IMG/VR virus record: IMGVR_UViG_3300025372_000012
Coordinates: 39,501-103,500 of that record
Length of the DNA: 64,000 bases
Origin: a virus
Lineage: Duplodnaviria; Caudoviricetes
Direction: 5' to 3' (one strand)
Shown: positions 28,390 through 38,638 of the stretch, in pieces
Numbering within the stretch: position 1 is the first letter of the stretch
Layout: the number at the start of each line of letters is the position of its first letter
Position numbers and translations under genes: made by a program
The notes under the pieces: generated by a model
What the model was told of the DNA's origin: nothing
Database searches by the model: none
What the model saw: the letters and a program-made list of their open reading frames with translations, nothing else

Positions 28390-29064
28390 ATGATTATAGG
28401 TTTCGTTGGATTTATTGGTTCAGGCAAAGATACTGCCGCAGATTATTTGGTTAACTTTCACGGATTCCGACGAGACTCATTTGCTAACACATTAAAAGAC
28501 GCGGTTTCAGCTGTATTTGGTTGGGACCGCGTTCTACTGGAAGGGCGTACTAAAGAAGCCCGTGAATGGCGCGAGCAAGTGGATGCTTGGTGGGCAGAAC
28601 GCCTGGATATGCCACACTTGACGCCACGTTGGATTCTGCAATACTGGGGTACAGAAGTTTGCCGTCATGGATTCCACGATGACATATGGATTGCCAGTTT
28701 AGAAAATAGAATCCGTAAAACCAAAGACAATATTGTTATTTCAGATGTTCGTTTTCCAAATGAGATTAAAGCGATTCATAATGCAGGAGGCATTGTTGTT
28801 CGTGTAAAACGTGGAGATGATCCTGAATGGTATGATGCCGCAGTTAGTGCAAACAAAGGCCCTGAAGGAAATTCTACATGGAGCCTAAGTAGACTCAAGT
28901 TAGAAAAGTTAGGAATCCACGCTAGCGAAACAGCATGGGTCGGTGGCAACATTGATCATATCGTAAGTAACGATGCTAGTATTGATGAACTATTTGCACA
29001 AATTAGAAATCTAATTCCTAATACATTATCTACAGAAGTGCAAGTTGCATTAGACTTAATTTAA
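28390..29064 (+). CDS. gp1: Deoxynucleoside monophosphate kinase (T4 gp1-like)
   Basis: GFIGSGKDT P-loop, TPRWILQYWGTE, ISDVRFPNE. Confidence 0.9.
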   Translation: MIIGFVGFIGSGKDTAADYLVNFHGFRRDSFANTLKDAVSAVFGWDRVLLEGRTKEAREWREQVDAWWAERLDMPHLTPRWILQYWGTEVCRHGFHDDIWIASLENRIRKTKDNIVISDVRFPNEIKAIHNAGGIVVRVKRGDDPEWYDAAVSANKGPEGNSTWSLSRLKLEKLGIHASETAWVGGNIDHIVSNDASIDELFAQIRNLIPNTLSTEVQVALDLI

Positions 29065-29396
29065 AAATCTGGACGCAGGTCTCCCTGTTTCCATTTAACG
29101 CCTTCCTTCTGTAAGGTACGTTGACAATTGGCACATATTGTTTTAAGATTTGTGTATCTACAATTTGTTAAATTGCCGTCGATGTGAAATACATCAAATA
29201 CATCCGAGTGTGCAGATTTAAACCCGCACTTGTCGCACACTGATTTTTTTACATATCCTTTCAATGCCCAGAGAGGATTCCCGTCTGTTCTATTTCTAGA
29301 ACAATGATCGCATACTGATCTGTAGTAGGGCCTACCTTCCTTATAATAGTTAACAGCAACAGGTCTTTTTTGACACTTTTTACATAATTTTCTCAT
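29061..29396 (-). CDS. Zn-binding HNH-like protein
   Basis: Four CxxC pairs and HIDGNLTN...NLKTICANC; ATG 29396 preferred. Confidence 0.7.
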   Translation of the reverse strand: MRKLCKKCQKRPVAVNYYKEGRPYYRSVCDHCSRNRTDGNPLWALKGYVKKSVCDKCGFKSAHSDVFDVFHIDGNLTNCRYTNLKTICANCQRTLQKEGVKWKQGDLRPDF

Positions 29397-29496
29397 CTGG
29401 CCGCCCTTTTTGTGCCCTTTTCTTCTTGTATTTAACCACGCTTTTTTACCATGGATGACTAAATACAACAAAGTAAATCCACTAAGGAGTTTGAAG

Positions 29497-32451
29497 ATGG
29501 CAACATTACAATCACCAGGCGTAAGCGTATCAGTTATAGATGAAAGTTTCTATACCCCCGCAGGCGCCGGCACCGTTCCAATGATTTTTGTAGCAACTGA
29601 GCAAGACAAAATGAATGGCTCAGGAACAGGAACAGCACAAGGTACAACAGCAGCCAACGCAGGTAAGGTTTGGGTAATTACCAGCCAACGCGATTTAGCC
29701 GATACATTTGGTACACCATATTTTGAAACAGATGCAGAAGGCAATCCCGTACACGCAGGCGAGTTAAACGAATATGGCCTACAAGCCGCATACAGCGCAC
29801 TAGGTGTAAGCTCTAAAGCATATATTGTTCGTGCAGATGTAAATACCGCAGAATTAATTCCTTCTGCTTCAGTTCCTGGCGGAACACCTGTTAACGGTAC
29901 ATACTGGGTTAATACAGGCGATACAAAATTTGGTATCGAAGAATGGAATGCAACTTCTAGAAAGTTCACCGTAAAAACTCCACTAATTATTGATAACAAC
30001 AATTTTAATAGTGACTTTGATGCCGACGGCGGTTATCCTAGCAGCCTATTTGGTTCTGTCGGAAGTTACGCTTTTGTAATAACCAGCGACAACGATTATA
30101 ACTATGCACAGGGTCTTTATTATAGAGCATCCGGTGGTTGGACATACGTCGAAGACGGTTTTGACAGCGGCAAGAAAGTTCGCCTAAGTCCTCATTATGA
30201 TTATCCTGACTATACTAGCACAGGTTTAAATGCCGCAACAGGTAGTATTTGGATTAAAACAACAAGCCCTGCTGGCGGTGCCAACTGGGATGTAAAAGTT
30301 TATAGCTCAACATCCGGAACATGGAATAAAGTTAATGCTCCAGTATTCACATCTACAAACGCAGCCATTGCTGGTTTAGATTCAGTAGGTGGCGGCGCAA
30401 ACATTCCTTTAGGATCTGTGTTTGTCGAAGCTGATCCTGATCAAGGATATGGCGCAGATTTTAGACTACAAATTCGTTATAAATCTGCACCTACAACAAT
30501 TACCGTAGCAAGTGCTGCTACTTTAAGTTCTTCTAGTGCATTTAATATTAGAGAAACATTAGCCGACGGAACATACGGATCACCGGTATCAATATCACTT
30601 GGTGGATCTGGCTCAACACCGTTAGGTCAAACAATTGCTGCCGCTATTAACAATGCTTCAGGATTGGTAAATGTTACAGCAACTTGGGATGGTACATTAC
30701 ATAGATTAACAATTACACACGCATTAGGCGGTGACTTTGAAATCGAACAAACTAGCCAACAACCGTTCATCACTATAGGTTTAATAGGTGACGGCAGTGT
30801 TGCCAACTTCTACACAGCACCAGGAAATTCTTCATATGATTATGTAGCGTCTAACTGGAAGCCATTAGTATACGAAGCACAAAATACTGCACCTACTACA
30901 CTACCTGACGACGCACAATTATGGTTTGGTAACAATTTAGATGCAGACATCTTATATAACACCGGCCTAGTTTGGGAAGGTTATAAGACTGCATTCTCTA
31001 GCACAGACCCATTAGGTCCTACGGTAGATGCAACAATGCCGACTACACAACAAGACGGTGTAACTGCACTTGTCAACGGTGATATTTGGATTGATACATC
31101 TATGCCTGATCAATACGGCAAGAACATTTATGTTTATGACGGTAGTAATTGGATCCTACAAGATGTAACAGATCACGTTACACCTAACGGATGGGTATTT
31201 GCTGATGCACGTTGGAGTACTAACGGTGCTGACGATATGCATGTTGTTACATCAATTGCAGACTTACTAGTAAGCAATTATGTAGACCCAGATTGTCCTG
31301 ATCCTCGTTTATACCCACGTGGTACACGTTTGTTCAACACTCGTCGTAGTGGCAATAACGTTAAAAAGTATCACAAAGGTTACATAGATACTACAGGTGT
31401 AAACCCACGCCAAAGCAATGCATCTATGTCAAGTTATGCTCCAGATCGTTGGGTAACTGCAAGTCCTAACGATGAGAATAATGTTGGAACATTTGGTCGT
31501 TTAGCACAACGTAGTGTAGTAGTTAAATCATTGAAAGCGATGGTAACTGCAAATACTGACATCCGTGATACAGATACATTGAACTTCAATATCATTGCTT
31601 GCCCAGGTTATCAAGAATTGATGCAAGATATGGTTGCGTTCAATACTGACATCGGATTAACAGCGATTGTGTTAGGTGATACACCATTCCGCTTACCAGC
31701 AACTGGAACTGCACTTAACAACTACGGATTTAACACAGCAAATTCCGTTGATAACAATGATATTTCTGCAGTCACATACGACACAGGTTTAGCAATGTTC
31801 TATCCAAGTGGTTATACAAATGACAACTTAGGAAACAATATTGTTGTTCCACCAAGTCACATGATGATTCGTACATTGATCAATAACGACAACAAGAGTT
31901 ACTTATGGTTTGCTCCAGCAGGTACACGTCGTGGTGTTATTGACAACGTAAGTAGTGTAGGTTATGTTGATGGTCAAACAGGTGAATTTAAGACAGCTAG
32001 CCTACACCAAGGACTACGCGATGTTTTACAAACAACTGGTATTAACATCAACCCAATTGCAACACTACCAGGCGTTGGTATTGTTAACATGGGACAAAAG
32101 ACACGAGCACATGCTGCTAGTGCCTTAGATAGAATTAACGTAAGTCGTTTAGTTGCATATCTACGTAGACAACTAAGTGTTCTTGCAAAACCGTTCTTGT
32201 TTGAACCAAACGATTCACAAACACGTCATGAAGTTAAAGCGGCAGTTGATTCATTGCTAACTGAGTTAGTACATCAACGTGCTTTATACGACTTCTTAGT
32301 TGTATGTGATAATTCAAACAATACACCTGCAAGAATTGATCGTAGTGAATTGTGGATCGATATCGCAATTGAGCCAGTTAAGGCTGTAGAGTTTATCTAC
32401 ATTCCATTACGTATATTGAACACAGGTGCTATTAAAGCACTAAGCAAATAA
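29497..32451 (+). CDS. gp18: Tail sheath protein
   Basis: LQSPGVSVSVIDES, WFAPAGTRRG, ALDRINVSRL, FEPND, KAVEFIYIP; SD aaggag before ATG 29497; TAAATA at 29460. Confidence 0.95.
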   Translation: MATLQSPGVSVSVIDESFYTPAGAGTVPMIFVATEQDKMNGSGTGTAQGTTAANAGKVWVITSQRDLADTFGTPYFETDAEGNPVHAGELNEYGLQAAYSALGVSSKAYIVRADVNTAELIPSASVPGGTPVNGTYWVNTGDTKFGIEEWNATSRKFTVKTPLIIDNNNFNSDFDADGGYPSSLFGSVGSYAFVITSDNDYNYAQGLYYRASGGWTYVEDGFDSGKKVRLSPHYDYPDYTSTGLNAATGSIWIKTTSPAGGANWDVKVYSSTSGTWNKVNAPVFTSTNAAIAGLDSVGGGANIPLGSVFVEADPDQGYGADFRLQIRYKSAPTTITVASAATLSSSSAFNIRETLADGTYGSPVSISLGGSGSTPLGQTIAAAINNASGLVNVTATWDGTLHRLTITHALGGDFEIEQTSQQPFITIGLIGDGSVANFYTAPGNSSYDYVASNWKPLVYEAQNTAPTTLPDDAQLWFGNNLDADILYNTGLVWEGYKTAFSSTDPLGPTVDATMPTTQQDGVTALVNGDIWIDTSMPDQYGKNIYVYDGSNWILQDVTDHVTPNGWVFADARWSTNGADDMHVVTSIADLLVSNYVDPDCPDPRLYPRGTRLFNTRRSGNNVKKYHKGYIDTTGVNPRQSNASMSSYAPDRWVTASPNDENNVGTFGRLAQRSVVVKSLKAMVTANTDIRDTDTLNFNIIACPGYQELMQDMVAFNTDIGLTAIVLGDTPFRLPATGTALNNYGFNTANSVDNNDISAVTYDTGLAMFYPSGYTNDNLGNNIVVPPSHMMIRTLINNDNKSYLWFAPAGTRRGVIDNVSSVGYVDGQTGEFKTASLHQGLRDVLQTTGININPIATLPGVGIVNMGQKTRAHAASALDRINVSRLVAYLRRQLSVLAKPFLFEPNDSQTRHEVKAAVDSLLTELVHQRALYDFLVVCDNSNNTPARIDRSELWIDIAIEPVKAVEFIYIPLRILNTGAIKALSK

Positions 32452-32461
32452 GGAGCATTAA

Positions 32462-33100
32462 ATGCCAATCGCAAGTTTATCAAGATTTTCAGTTCCGCTA
32501 GATACAGACCAAAGCGCAAGTAGCCAAGGCTTGTTAATGCCAAAATTACCGTATCGCTTTAGAGTGGTGCTGGTTGACTTTGGTGTAGGCGGAGCTCCGG
32601 CAACTGAATTAACAAAACAAGTTGCTACCGTAGATCGTCCAAAACCAAGTTTTGAAGAAATCAAACTAGACGTTTATAACAGCGTAGTAAAATTAGCTGG
32701 AAAACCAAAGTTTGACGATATCAAGCTGAAGATTCGTGACGATATGACCAACTTAGTTACAAACAAAGTCGGTGAACAAATGCAGAAGCAATTTGACTTC
32801 TTCGAACAAGCCAGTGCTGCATCTGGTCTAGATTATAAGTTCACAACTTATATCGAAATATTAGATGGTGGTAACGGTGCATACGCTCCGGTTCCATTAG
32901 AAACTTTTGAATTGCAAGGATGCTGGATTAAATCAGTAGCCTACGATGGCGGTGACTATTCTAAATCTACTGAAGCACTAAACATTGAATTAACAATCTG
33001 TTATGACAATGCACTACAAACGGTTGGTATTAACGGAGGCCTAGTTGGTCTTGGTACACCAGTCGGACGTACGGTAGGTACTACAGCTATCGGTAGTTAA
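32462..33100 (+). CDS. gp19: Tail tube protein
   Basis: Directly follows the sheath; YRFRV...LAGKP...LQGCWI...ICYDNA. Confidence 0.85.
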   Translation: MPIASLSRFSVPLDTDQSASSQGLLMPKLPYRFRVVLVDFGVGGAPATELTKQVATVDRPKPSFEEIKLDVYNSVVKLAGKPKFDDIKLKIRDDMTNLVTNKVGEQMQKQFDFFEQASAASGLDYKFTTYIEILDGGNGAYAPVPLETFELQGCWIKSVAYDGGDYSKSTEALNIELTICYDNALQTVGINGGLVGLGTPVGRTVGTTAIGS

Positions 33101-33118
33101 TACAATACTAACACGATC

Positions 33119-33145
33119 AAGCCCGGTTTTTTCCGGGCTTTTTTT
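33119..33145 (+). terminator. Intrinsic terminator
   Basis: aagcccgg-tttttt-ccgggctt followed by a T-run. Confidence 0.85.
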
Positions 33146-33149
33146 GTGG

Positions 33150-33157
33150 TATAAATA
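33150..33157 (+). promoter_or_regulatory. T4-type late promoter TATAAATA
   Basis: Exact consensus 5 nt before ATG 33163. Confidence 0.7.
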
Positions 33158-33162
33158 ATAAT

Positions 33163-34206
33163 ATGAGTGATCCATTTTATAAATTTTTGTCAAGCTCGGG
33201 TGGGTATAAGAGTTACGCACACGCATCTGGTGTATACCTAGGAAATAAACTTGCTAGAGCCCCTAAACTTGGGTTCATGTATTTTGTGTCATTCACACTT
33301 AACACATCTGCAATTATAGACACTCAATGGTGGGAAAGATATAAACAAGATCTAGGATTTTTAGTTAAGAAGATAGATCTTCCTAAATTTAAAATTACCA
33401 CTGAAACTTTAAACCAGTACAATAGAAAGACTAACGTACAAACAAAATTAACATACGAGCCGATTACCGTAGAATTTCACGACGACAATAGTGAAATTAC
33501 AAACGGCTTATGGAAAAATTATTACAAATATTATTTTGCAGATAGTAACTATACCAGTGCAGGAGAATTTGATAATATTGCATTCGGTGATTCAAAATAT
33601 GGTGTACAAGATTATGCATACGGATTAAGCAACGGAAGTCAAGATCCTTTCTTTGCCAGTATCGATATATTTGTATTACATCAAGGAAGATTTACTCAAA
33701 TAAGCATTGCCAATCCTTTAATAACATCTTGGGAACACGACGATGTTGAACAGAAGGAAGGCACTAAAATAATGCAAAATAAAATGACGGTTGCCTATGA
33801 CAACGTGGCATACTATCAAGGTGCTATCGAAGCTGATGATAAAGCATCAAGTTATAATGCATTTTATTACGATAATGTACCCGGCAGTATTGGGCAAGGT
33901 AATCAAAATACTGCACCTACTCTTACAGGAGTGTTTGGCGGGCAAAATGAACCATCACCCGAACCTATTCCTGCATACCCTACACCTGTACCGCCAGGTT
34001 TGAGTATGAGTCAAATGGATAAAATGGCAGCGCTATCTGCTCCTGCATATCCTACTCCGCAGCCTATCGGAGCTGGAACATTTGGATTAACTAGCCAGCG
34101 ACCACCGGGATTACTTAGCGGCATAAGTCTATGGTATGGATATGGCGGTCTCCATGGTACGGGAGTAGTTAATGCAGGACCAGTTAGACTTGTATTGAAG
34201 AAATAA
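33163..34206 (+). CDS. Tube-fold baseplate protein (gp48/gp54-like)
   Basis: LVKKIDLPKF...NQYNRK...YEPITVEFHDD is a tube-like pattern. Confidence 0.6.
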   Translation: MSDPFYKFLSSSGGYKSYAHASGVYLGNKLARAPKLGFMYFVSFTLNTSAIIDTQWWERYKQDLGFLVKKIDLPKFKITTETLNQYNRKTNVQTKLTYEPITVEFHDDNSEITNGLWKNYYKYYFADSNYTSAGEFDNIAFGDSKYGVQDYAYGLSNGSQDPFFASIDIFVLHQGRFTQISIANPLITSWEHDDVEQKEGTKIMQNKMTVAYDNVAYYQGAIEADDKASSYNAFYYDNVPGSIGQGNQNTAPTLTGVFGGQNEPSPEPIPAYPTPVPPGLSMSQMDKMAALSAPAYPTPQPIGAGTFGLTSQRPPGLLSGISLWYGYGGLHGTGVVNAGPVRLVLKK

Positions 34207-34207
34207 T

Positions 34208-34567
34208 ATGTATAATAATATCCCAGCTAGTAATACATCTAATCCTGCGGCGACAGCATATAACAATGCGTACACAAGACCGCTTCAGTTAGAAACTAAT
34301 ACGTACAATCTGTTAAAAGGATTCTTTGAATCAAAAGGATTTGATAAAACTGCCGCTGAAACTATTGCAGTTACATTTATCAGACAAGCAACACAGGATG
34401 GGTATAATCCATTAGATGTACTAACAACACTAAAAGGATTTGATCAATTAAAGTTAAACGATGTTATAACACAGGTGTTGAACTATAATAGATTTAAAAC
34501 AAGTTATCTAGGCAACAGCACAGGCTTTGCTCCATTCACTCCAGTAGCAAGAAATATTGCAGTATGA
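34208..34567 (+). CDS. Hypothetical protein
   Basis: 119-aa ORF coupled to both neighbours. Confidence 0.7.
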   Translation: MYNNIPASNTSNPAATAYNNAYTRPLQLETNTYNLLKGFFESKGFDKTAAETIAVTFIRQATQDGYNPLDVLTTLKGFDQLKLNDVITQVLNYNRFKTSYLGNSTGFAPFTPVARNIAV

Positions 34568-35007
34568 GTTTAAAATTTGCACAGAATTTTTATAAAATAA
34601 AAAACCCAAAAAAATATATAGGGACTAAAGAACCTTATTATCGTAGCGGTTGGGAACAGACATTCATGATGTTCTGCGACAACAATCCTGCAATTTTAGA
34701 ATGGGCAAGTGAACCTGTTAAAATTCCGTATCGAGATCCGTTGACTGGAAAACAGACGGTGTATGTTCCAGATTTCTTAATTAAGTACATTGATCGAAAT
34801 CAAAAAAATCATGTAGAGATGATCGAGATTAAACCAGCAAAACAACAGCTATTAGAAAAAGTTGGTAAAAATCCATATGACCAAGCCCAGTATGTTAAAA
34901 ATATGGCAAAGTGGGAATCAGCAAACATATGGTGCAAAAGCAGGGGAATAAAATTTCGTGTAATTAACGAGTCTGATATTTTCCATAATCCAGGTAAAAA
35001 GCGATAA
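34564..35007 (+). CDS. gp4: Head completion nuclease (gp4-like, TnsA-N fold)
   Basis: NPKKYIG...YRSGWE...WASE...YVPDF...IEIKP. Confidence 0.85.
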   Translation: MSLKFAQNFYKIKNPKKYIGTKEPYYRSGWEQTFMMFCDNNPAILEWASEPVKIPYRDPLTGKQTVYVPDFLIKYIDRNQKNHVEMIEIKPAKQQLLEKVGKNPYDQAQYVKNMAKWESANIWCKSRGIKFRVINESDIFHNPGKKR

Positions 35008-35015
35008 GTAATATT

Positions 35016-35495
35016 ATGACAAAAAAATTAGAAGAAGTTTTTAATTTACCTACTGAGCCTGTGATAGAACCTACCGCAGAAGATGCCGCACCGCAGCCTA
35101 TTATTAATCTAGAAGAAAAGCTAGAAGAGTTTGATAAAATTGCTGCCGCATTGCCCCGAGTAAAAGGACTAGGTGATATGGCAGACGGAGAACTCGATGC
35201 CTTGGCAGACAAAGCAGAAAAAGCCTATGACGACCTAATGGATCTAGGTATGAATGTAGAAGCACGATATGGTGCTAGAATGTTCGAAGTAGCCGCACAA
35301 ATGATGAATGCCGCTATTGTTGCTAAAACTAATAAAATTGATAAGAAACTAAAGATGGTTGATTTACAATTGAAAAAGTTAGCAATAGACAAAAAACACG
35401 GGAACGAAGGCGCTAACGAAACCGTAGAAGGCGAAGGATATATACTTACAGACCGTAATAGCATCCTAGAAAAACTTAAGAATTTGAATAAATAA
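35016..35495 (+). CDS. Probable terminase small subunit
   Basis: Helical protein with ARMFEVA motif, lying upstream of the large terminase. Confidence 0.5.
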   Translation: MTKKLEEVFNLPTEPVIEPTAEDAAPQPIINLEEKLEEFDKIAAALPRVKGLGDMADGELDALADKAEKAYDDLMDLGMNVEARYGARMFEVAAQMMNAAIVAKTNKIDKKLKMVDLQLKKLAIDKKHGNEGANETVEGEGYILTDRNSILEKLKNLNK

Positions 35496-35501
35496 AACAC
35501 T

Positions 35502-36098
35502 ATGAAATCATTCAAAGAACACCTATCAGAATCTATTGCTTCTAAGAAACACGAGTTTCGCGTTAAAGTCGCTGGAACTTTTTCTAAAGAGCAAGAAGAA
35601 AAATTAAAGACCATGCTTGAGCGTTATCAAGTAGATGCGTTTAAAAAGGTAGGTACTACACCTATCCAAGCACTTCCGTTAGACTTTCCACAAGTTAGAA
35701 ATTGTGAAGTTAACATTTACGAAGTTACACTTGATTATCCTACTACTCAACAAGAGCTTACAGAATATATCAGTAGTGGTTTAGGAATCAATAAACAAAA
35801 CTTAGCAGTTCGCCGTCCAGGTGAACCAAGTGAAGAATACCAACATGATGAGCCAAAGCGTGAAGGCGCTCTTTTAAATGATCCAGATTATAAAGAAGCA
35901 GGTAGTCCTAAATTTGAAGACTACTATGGCACAAAATATAATACCGCGTTTGTTAAAGAACTAAACGATCTATTAAAACTAGAACGTAAGGCACGTGGAG
36001 AAGTAATTCCTACAGAAGGTGCCGCAAAATTTAATACTGATACTACAGACACTCAAGAAAGTCTATTAAAGTTTCAGGCACAGGACCTAAGGAAATAA
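35502..36098 (+). CDS. Hypothetical head-internal-like protein
   Basis: N-terminus MKSFKEHLSE resembles the T4 capsid-targeting sequence. Confidence 0.6.
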   Translation: MKSFKEHLSESIASKKHEFRVKVAGTFSKEQEEKLKTMLERYQVDAFKKVGTTPIQALPLDFPQVRNCEVNIYEVTLDYPTTQQELTEYISSGLGINKQNLAVRRPGEPSEEYQHDEPKREGALLNDPDYKEAGSPKFEDYYGTKYNTAFVKELNDLLKLERKARGEVIPTEGAAKFNTDTTDTQESLLKFQAQDLRK

Positions 36099-36100
36099 TT

Positions 36101-36991
36101 ATGCAAATGATCGATGTAATGAAGCGTTTAGCAGAACTAGATGCTAAAAACCCGCAAGTGGTTAAAGAAAATACCAATGTAGCAGAATGCGGCCCAATGG
36201 GCATGATGGGCGGTATGCCTGGAATCCACACTCCTGCAAGCATTAACATGACAGCAGATAGTGGTAGCGAACTAACAGGAATGTTACGTGACATCATGCA
36301 ACTTGCTGGTGTTCATAAAGTTGAACCAGAACATTTAGGTGTTGAACACGAACCTATGCAACTAATGCCAGAACCTGGTGTTGCAGTTGGTCCAGCTATT
36401 GCAGAGCCAATGGGCGGTGCTGACGATATGCGTTCTGTATTAGATAAACTAAATCCAGAACCAGCCGGTGACGACGCTGGTGATGAAACTGGTGACGAAG
36501 CTGGCGGAGAAGAAATTGGTCCGTTCCAAGGCGATGACGAAGGTCCTCAAACTGGTGACGAAGAAGGTGAAGAAGAGGATGATGAGGAAGAGGAAGAAAC
36601 TGATGAAGGTCAGTATGACAACACTCCTGCAGATCCTAATAAAGCAAATCCATTTGACTCTAACGAATTTGCCAATCATGAAAATCCATCCGGTGGTGGT
36701 GAAACTAGCAATGGAGAAAAACGCCAAAGCAATCTTCCAACTGCTACATTTGAAGCATTGATGAAAGAGTACAAACAATTCATCGGTGAAGATGAAGAAG
36801 AAACCGACGAAGGCATTATGGACAAAGCCAAAGCGTTTGGTAAAAAAGTTCTAGATAAAGTTGGACACGGCGACGACGAAGAAATGATCAAGGACCTACA
36901 GAAGAAAGCTGGTGTTCCTCAAACTGGTAAAAAGCCAGAGAAAGCCAACGAAAGTATGGATGACATTTTAAAATTAGCAGGTTTAAAGTAA
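36101..36991 (+). CDS. Acidic prohead-core/scaffold-like protein
   Basis: Asp/Glu-rich; ends ESMDDILKLAGLK. Confidence 0.6.
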   Translation: MQMIDVMKRLAELDAKNPQVVKENTNVAECGPMGMMGGMPGIHTPASINMTADSGSELTGMLRDIMQLAGVHKVEPEHLGVEHEPMQLMPEPGVAVGPAIAEPMGGADDMRSVLDKLNPEPAGDDAGDETGDEAGGEEIGPFQGDDEGPQTGDEEGEEEDDEEEEETDEGQYDNTPADPNKANPFDSNEFANHENPSGGGETSNGEKRQSNLPTATFEALMKEYKQFIGEDEEETDEGIMDKAKAFGKKVLDKVGHGDDEEMIKDLQKKAGVPQTGKKPEKANESMDDILKLAGLK

Positions 36992-37005
36992 TTTAACCCT
37001 TAACC

Positions 37006-37034
37006 AAAATAGCCCCCGATGGGGCTATTTTTTT
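37006..37034 (+). terminator. Intrinsic terminator
   Basis: aaaatagcccc-cgat-ggggctatttt followed by Ts. Confidence 0.85.
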
Positions 37035-37048
37035 CAGTAAATAAAGAT

Positions 37049-38626
37049 ATGGCAGCAGATAATAAACTAATTAAGACAGCACACACTACTCAGAAGTTTA
37101 CTGAGGAAGATATTGCAAACTTATTAAAGTGTCAAGATCCAGTAACTGGTTCTGAATTTTTTCTTGACAATTACTTCTTTATTCAACACCCTACACAGGG
37201 TAAGATACAATATCAAGCGTTTGAATACCAACGTGAGCTATTAAAGAGCTACAACGGGCATAGATTCAGCGTTAATATGCTTGGGCGCCAGATGGGTAAG
37301 ACCACAACAGCCGTAGGCTATTTGCTATGGTATGCTATGTTCGTACCTGATAGCACAATCCTTATCTCGGCGCACAAATACACAGGTGCTCAGGAAATTA
37401 TGCAACGTCTACGTTACGCATATGAAACCTGCCCTGACTGGATACGTGCAGGTGTTACAAGTTATAACAAACAAAGTATTGAATTCGATAACGGTTCACG
37501 TATTGTAGCGCAGACAACTACAGAAACAACAGGTCGTGGTATGTCTGTATCTTTACTATATTGTGACGAGTTTGCCTACGTTGAACCCAACATTGCTGTC
37601 GAATTCTGGACATCTATTTCGCCTACACTAGCAACTGGTGGTAAAGCGATTATCACATCAACTCCTAACTCAGACGAAGATCAGTTTGCCTTAATCTGGA
37701 AAGAAGCAAACAAGCGCCTTGACGAGTTCGGTAACACAACAGAACTAGGTAAGAACGGTTTTTATCCTTACATGGCTGTTTGGAGTCAACATCCTGATCG
37801 TGACGAAGTGTGGGCTAACGAAGAACGTAGTCGTGTTGGCGAAGAACGATTCCGTCGTGAACACGAATGTGAATTCTTAGTCTTTGACGAAACTCTAATT
37901 AGCAGTATTAAATTAGCAGGTATGGAGGGCAAAGAACCTATTATTAAAATGGGTCAATGCCGCTGGTATAAAAAGATCAACCCTAAAAATACATACCTAG
38001 TTGCACTAGATCCTAGCTTAGGTACAGGTGGAGACCCTGCAGGTATTCAAATCCTTGAACTTCCTAGTTTTAATCAAGTAGGAGAGTGGCATCACAACCT
38101 AACACAAATTCAAGGACAGGCTAGAATATTACGAGATATCTGTCAGTATATTTCTGATGAATGTAGTAAAAAAGGTGTAACGCCTAGTATCTATTACAGC
38201 GTAGAAAATAACGCAGTTGGTGAAGCAGCATTAGTTGCTATCAACGAAATAGGTGAAGAAAGTATTCCAGGACTATTCTTAAGCGAACCTATACGTAAAG
38301 GGCATGTTCGTAGATATCGTAAAGGATTCTATACAACACATGCGGCTAAAATCTCAGCTTGTGCTAAATTAAAACACTTGATCGAAAGCAATAGATTAGA
38401 AATTAATTCTAAAGCATTGATATCAGAACTCAAAGCCTATATTGCAAAAGGCTTAGGATTTGAAGCAAAAACTGGACAACATGACGACTTAGTTAGTTCT
38501 ATGTTATTAGCAGTACGCATGGCTATGGTGTTACAAGACTGGGATCCGGCAGTTTACGACAAAATGCGAGAAGAGCGAGAAGACGAATGGGTCATGCCCT
38601 TGCCTGTTTATGTTAGCTCATTTTAA
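37049..38626 (+). CDS. gp17: Terminase large subunit
   Basis: Walker A GRQMGKTT, Walker B LLYCDEFAY, ITSTPN, nuclease ALDPS and HDDLV; the 37019 start lies inside the terminator, so ATG 37049 is preferred. Confidence 0.95.
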   Translation: MAADNKLIKTAHTTQKFTEEDIANLLKCQDPVTGSEFFLDNYFFIQHPTQGKIQYQAFEYQRELLKSYNGHRFSVNMLGRQMGKTTTAVGYLLWYAMFVPDSTILISAHKYTGAQEIMQRLRYAYETCPDWIRAGVTSYNKQSIEFDNGSRIVAQTTTETTGRGMSVSLLYCDEFAYVEPNIAVEFWTSISPTLATGGKAIITSTPNSDEDQFALIWKEANKRLDEFGNTTELGKNGFYPYMAVWSQHPDRDEVWANEERSRVGEERFRREHECEFLVFDETLISSIKLAGMEGKEPIIKMGQCRWYKKINPKNTYLVALDPSLGTGGDPAGIQILELPSFNQVGEWHHNLTQIQGQARILRDICQYISDECSKKGVTPSIYYSVENNAVGEAALVAINEIGEESIPGLFLSEPIRKGHVRRYRKGFYTTHAAKISACAKLKHLIESNRLEINSKALISELKAYIAKGLGFEAKTGQHDDLVSSMLLAVRMAMVLQDWDPAVYDKMREEREDEWVMPLPVYVSSF

Positions 38627-38638
38627 CTAAATATACAC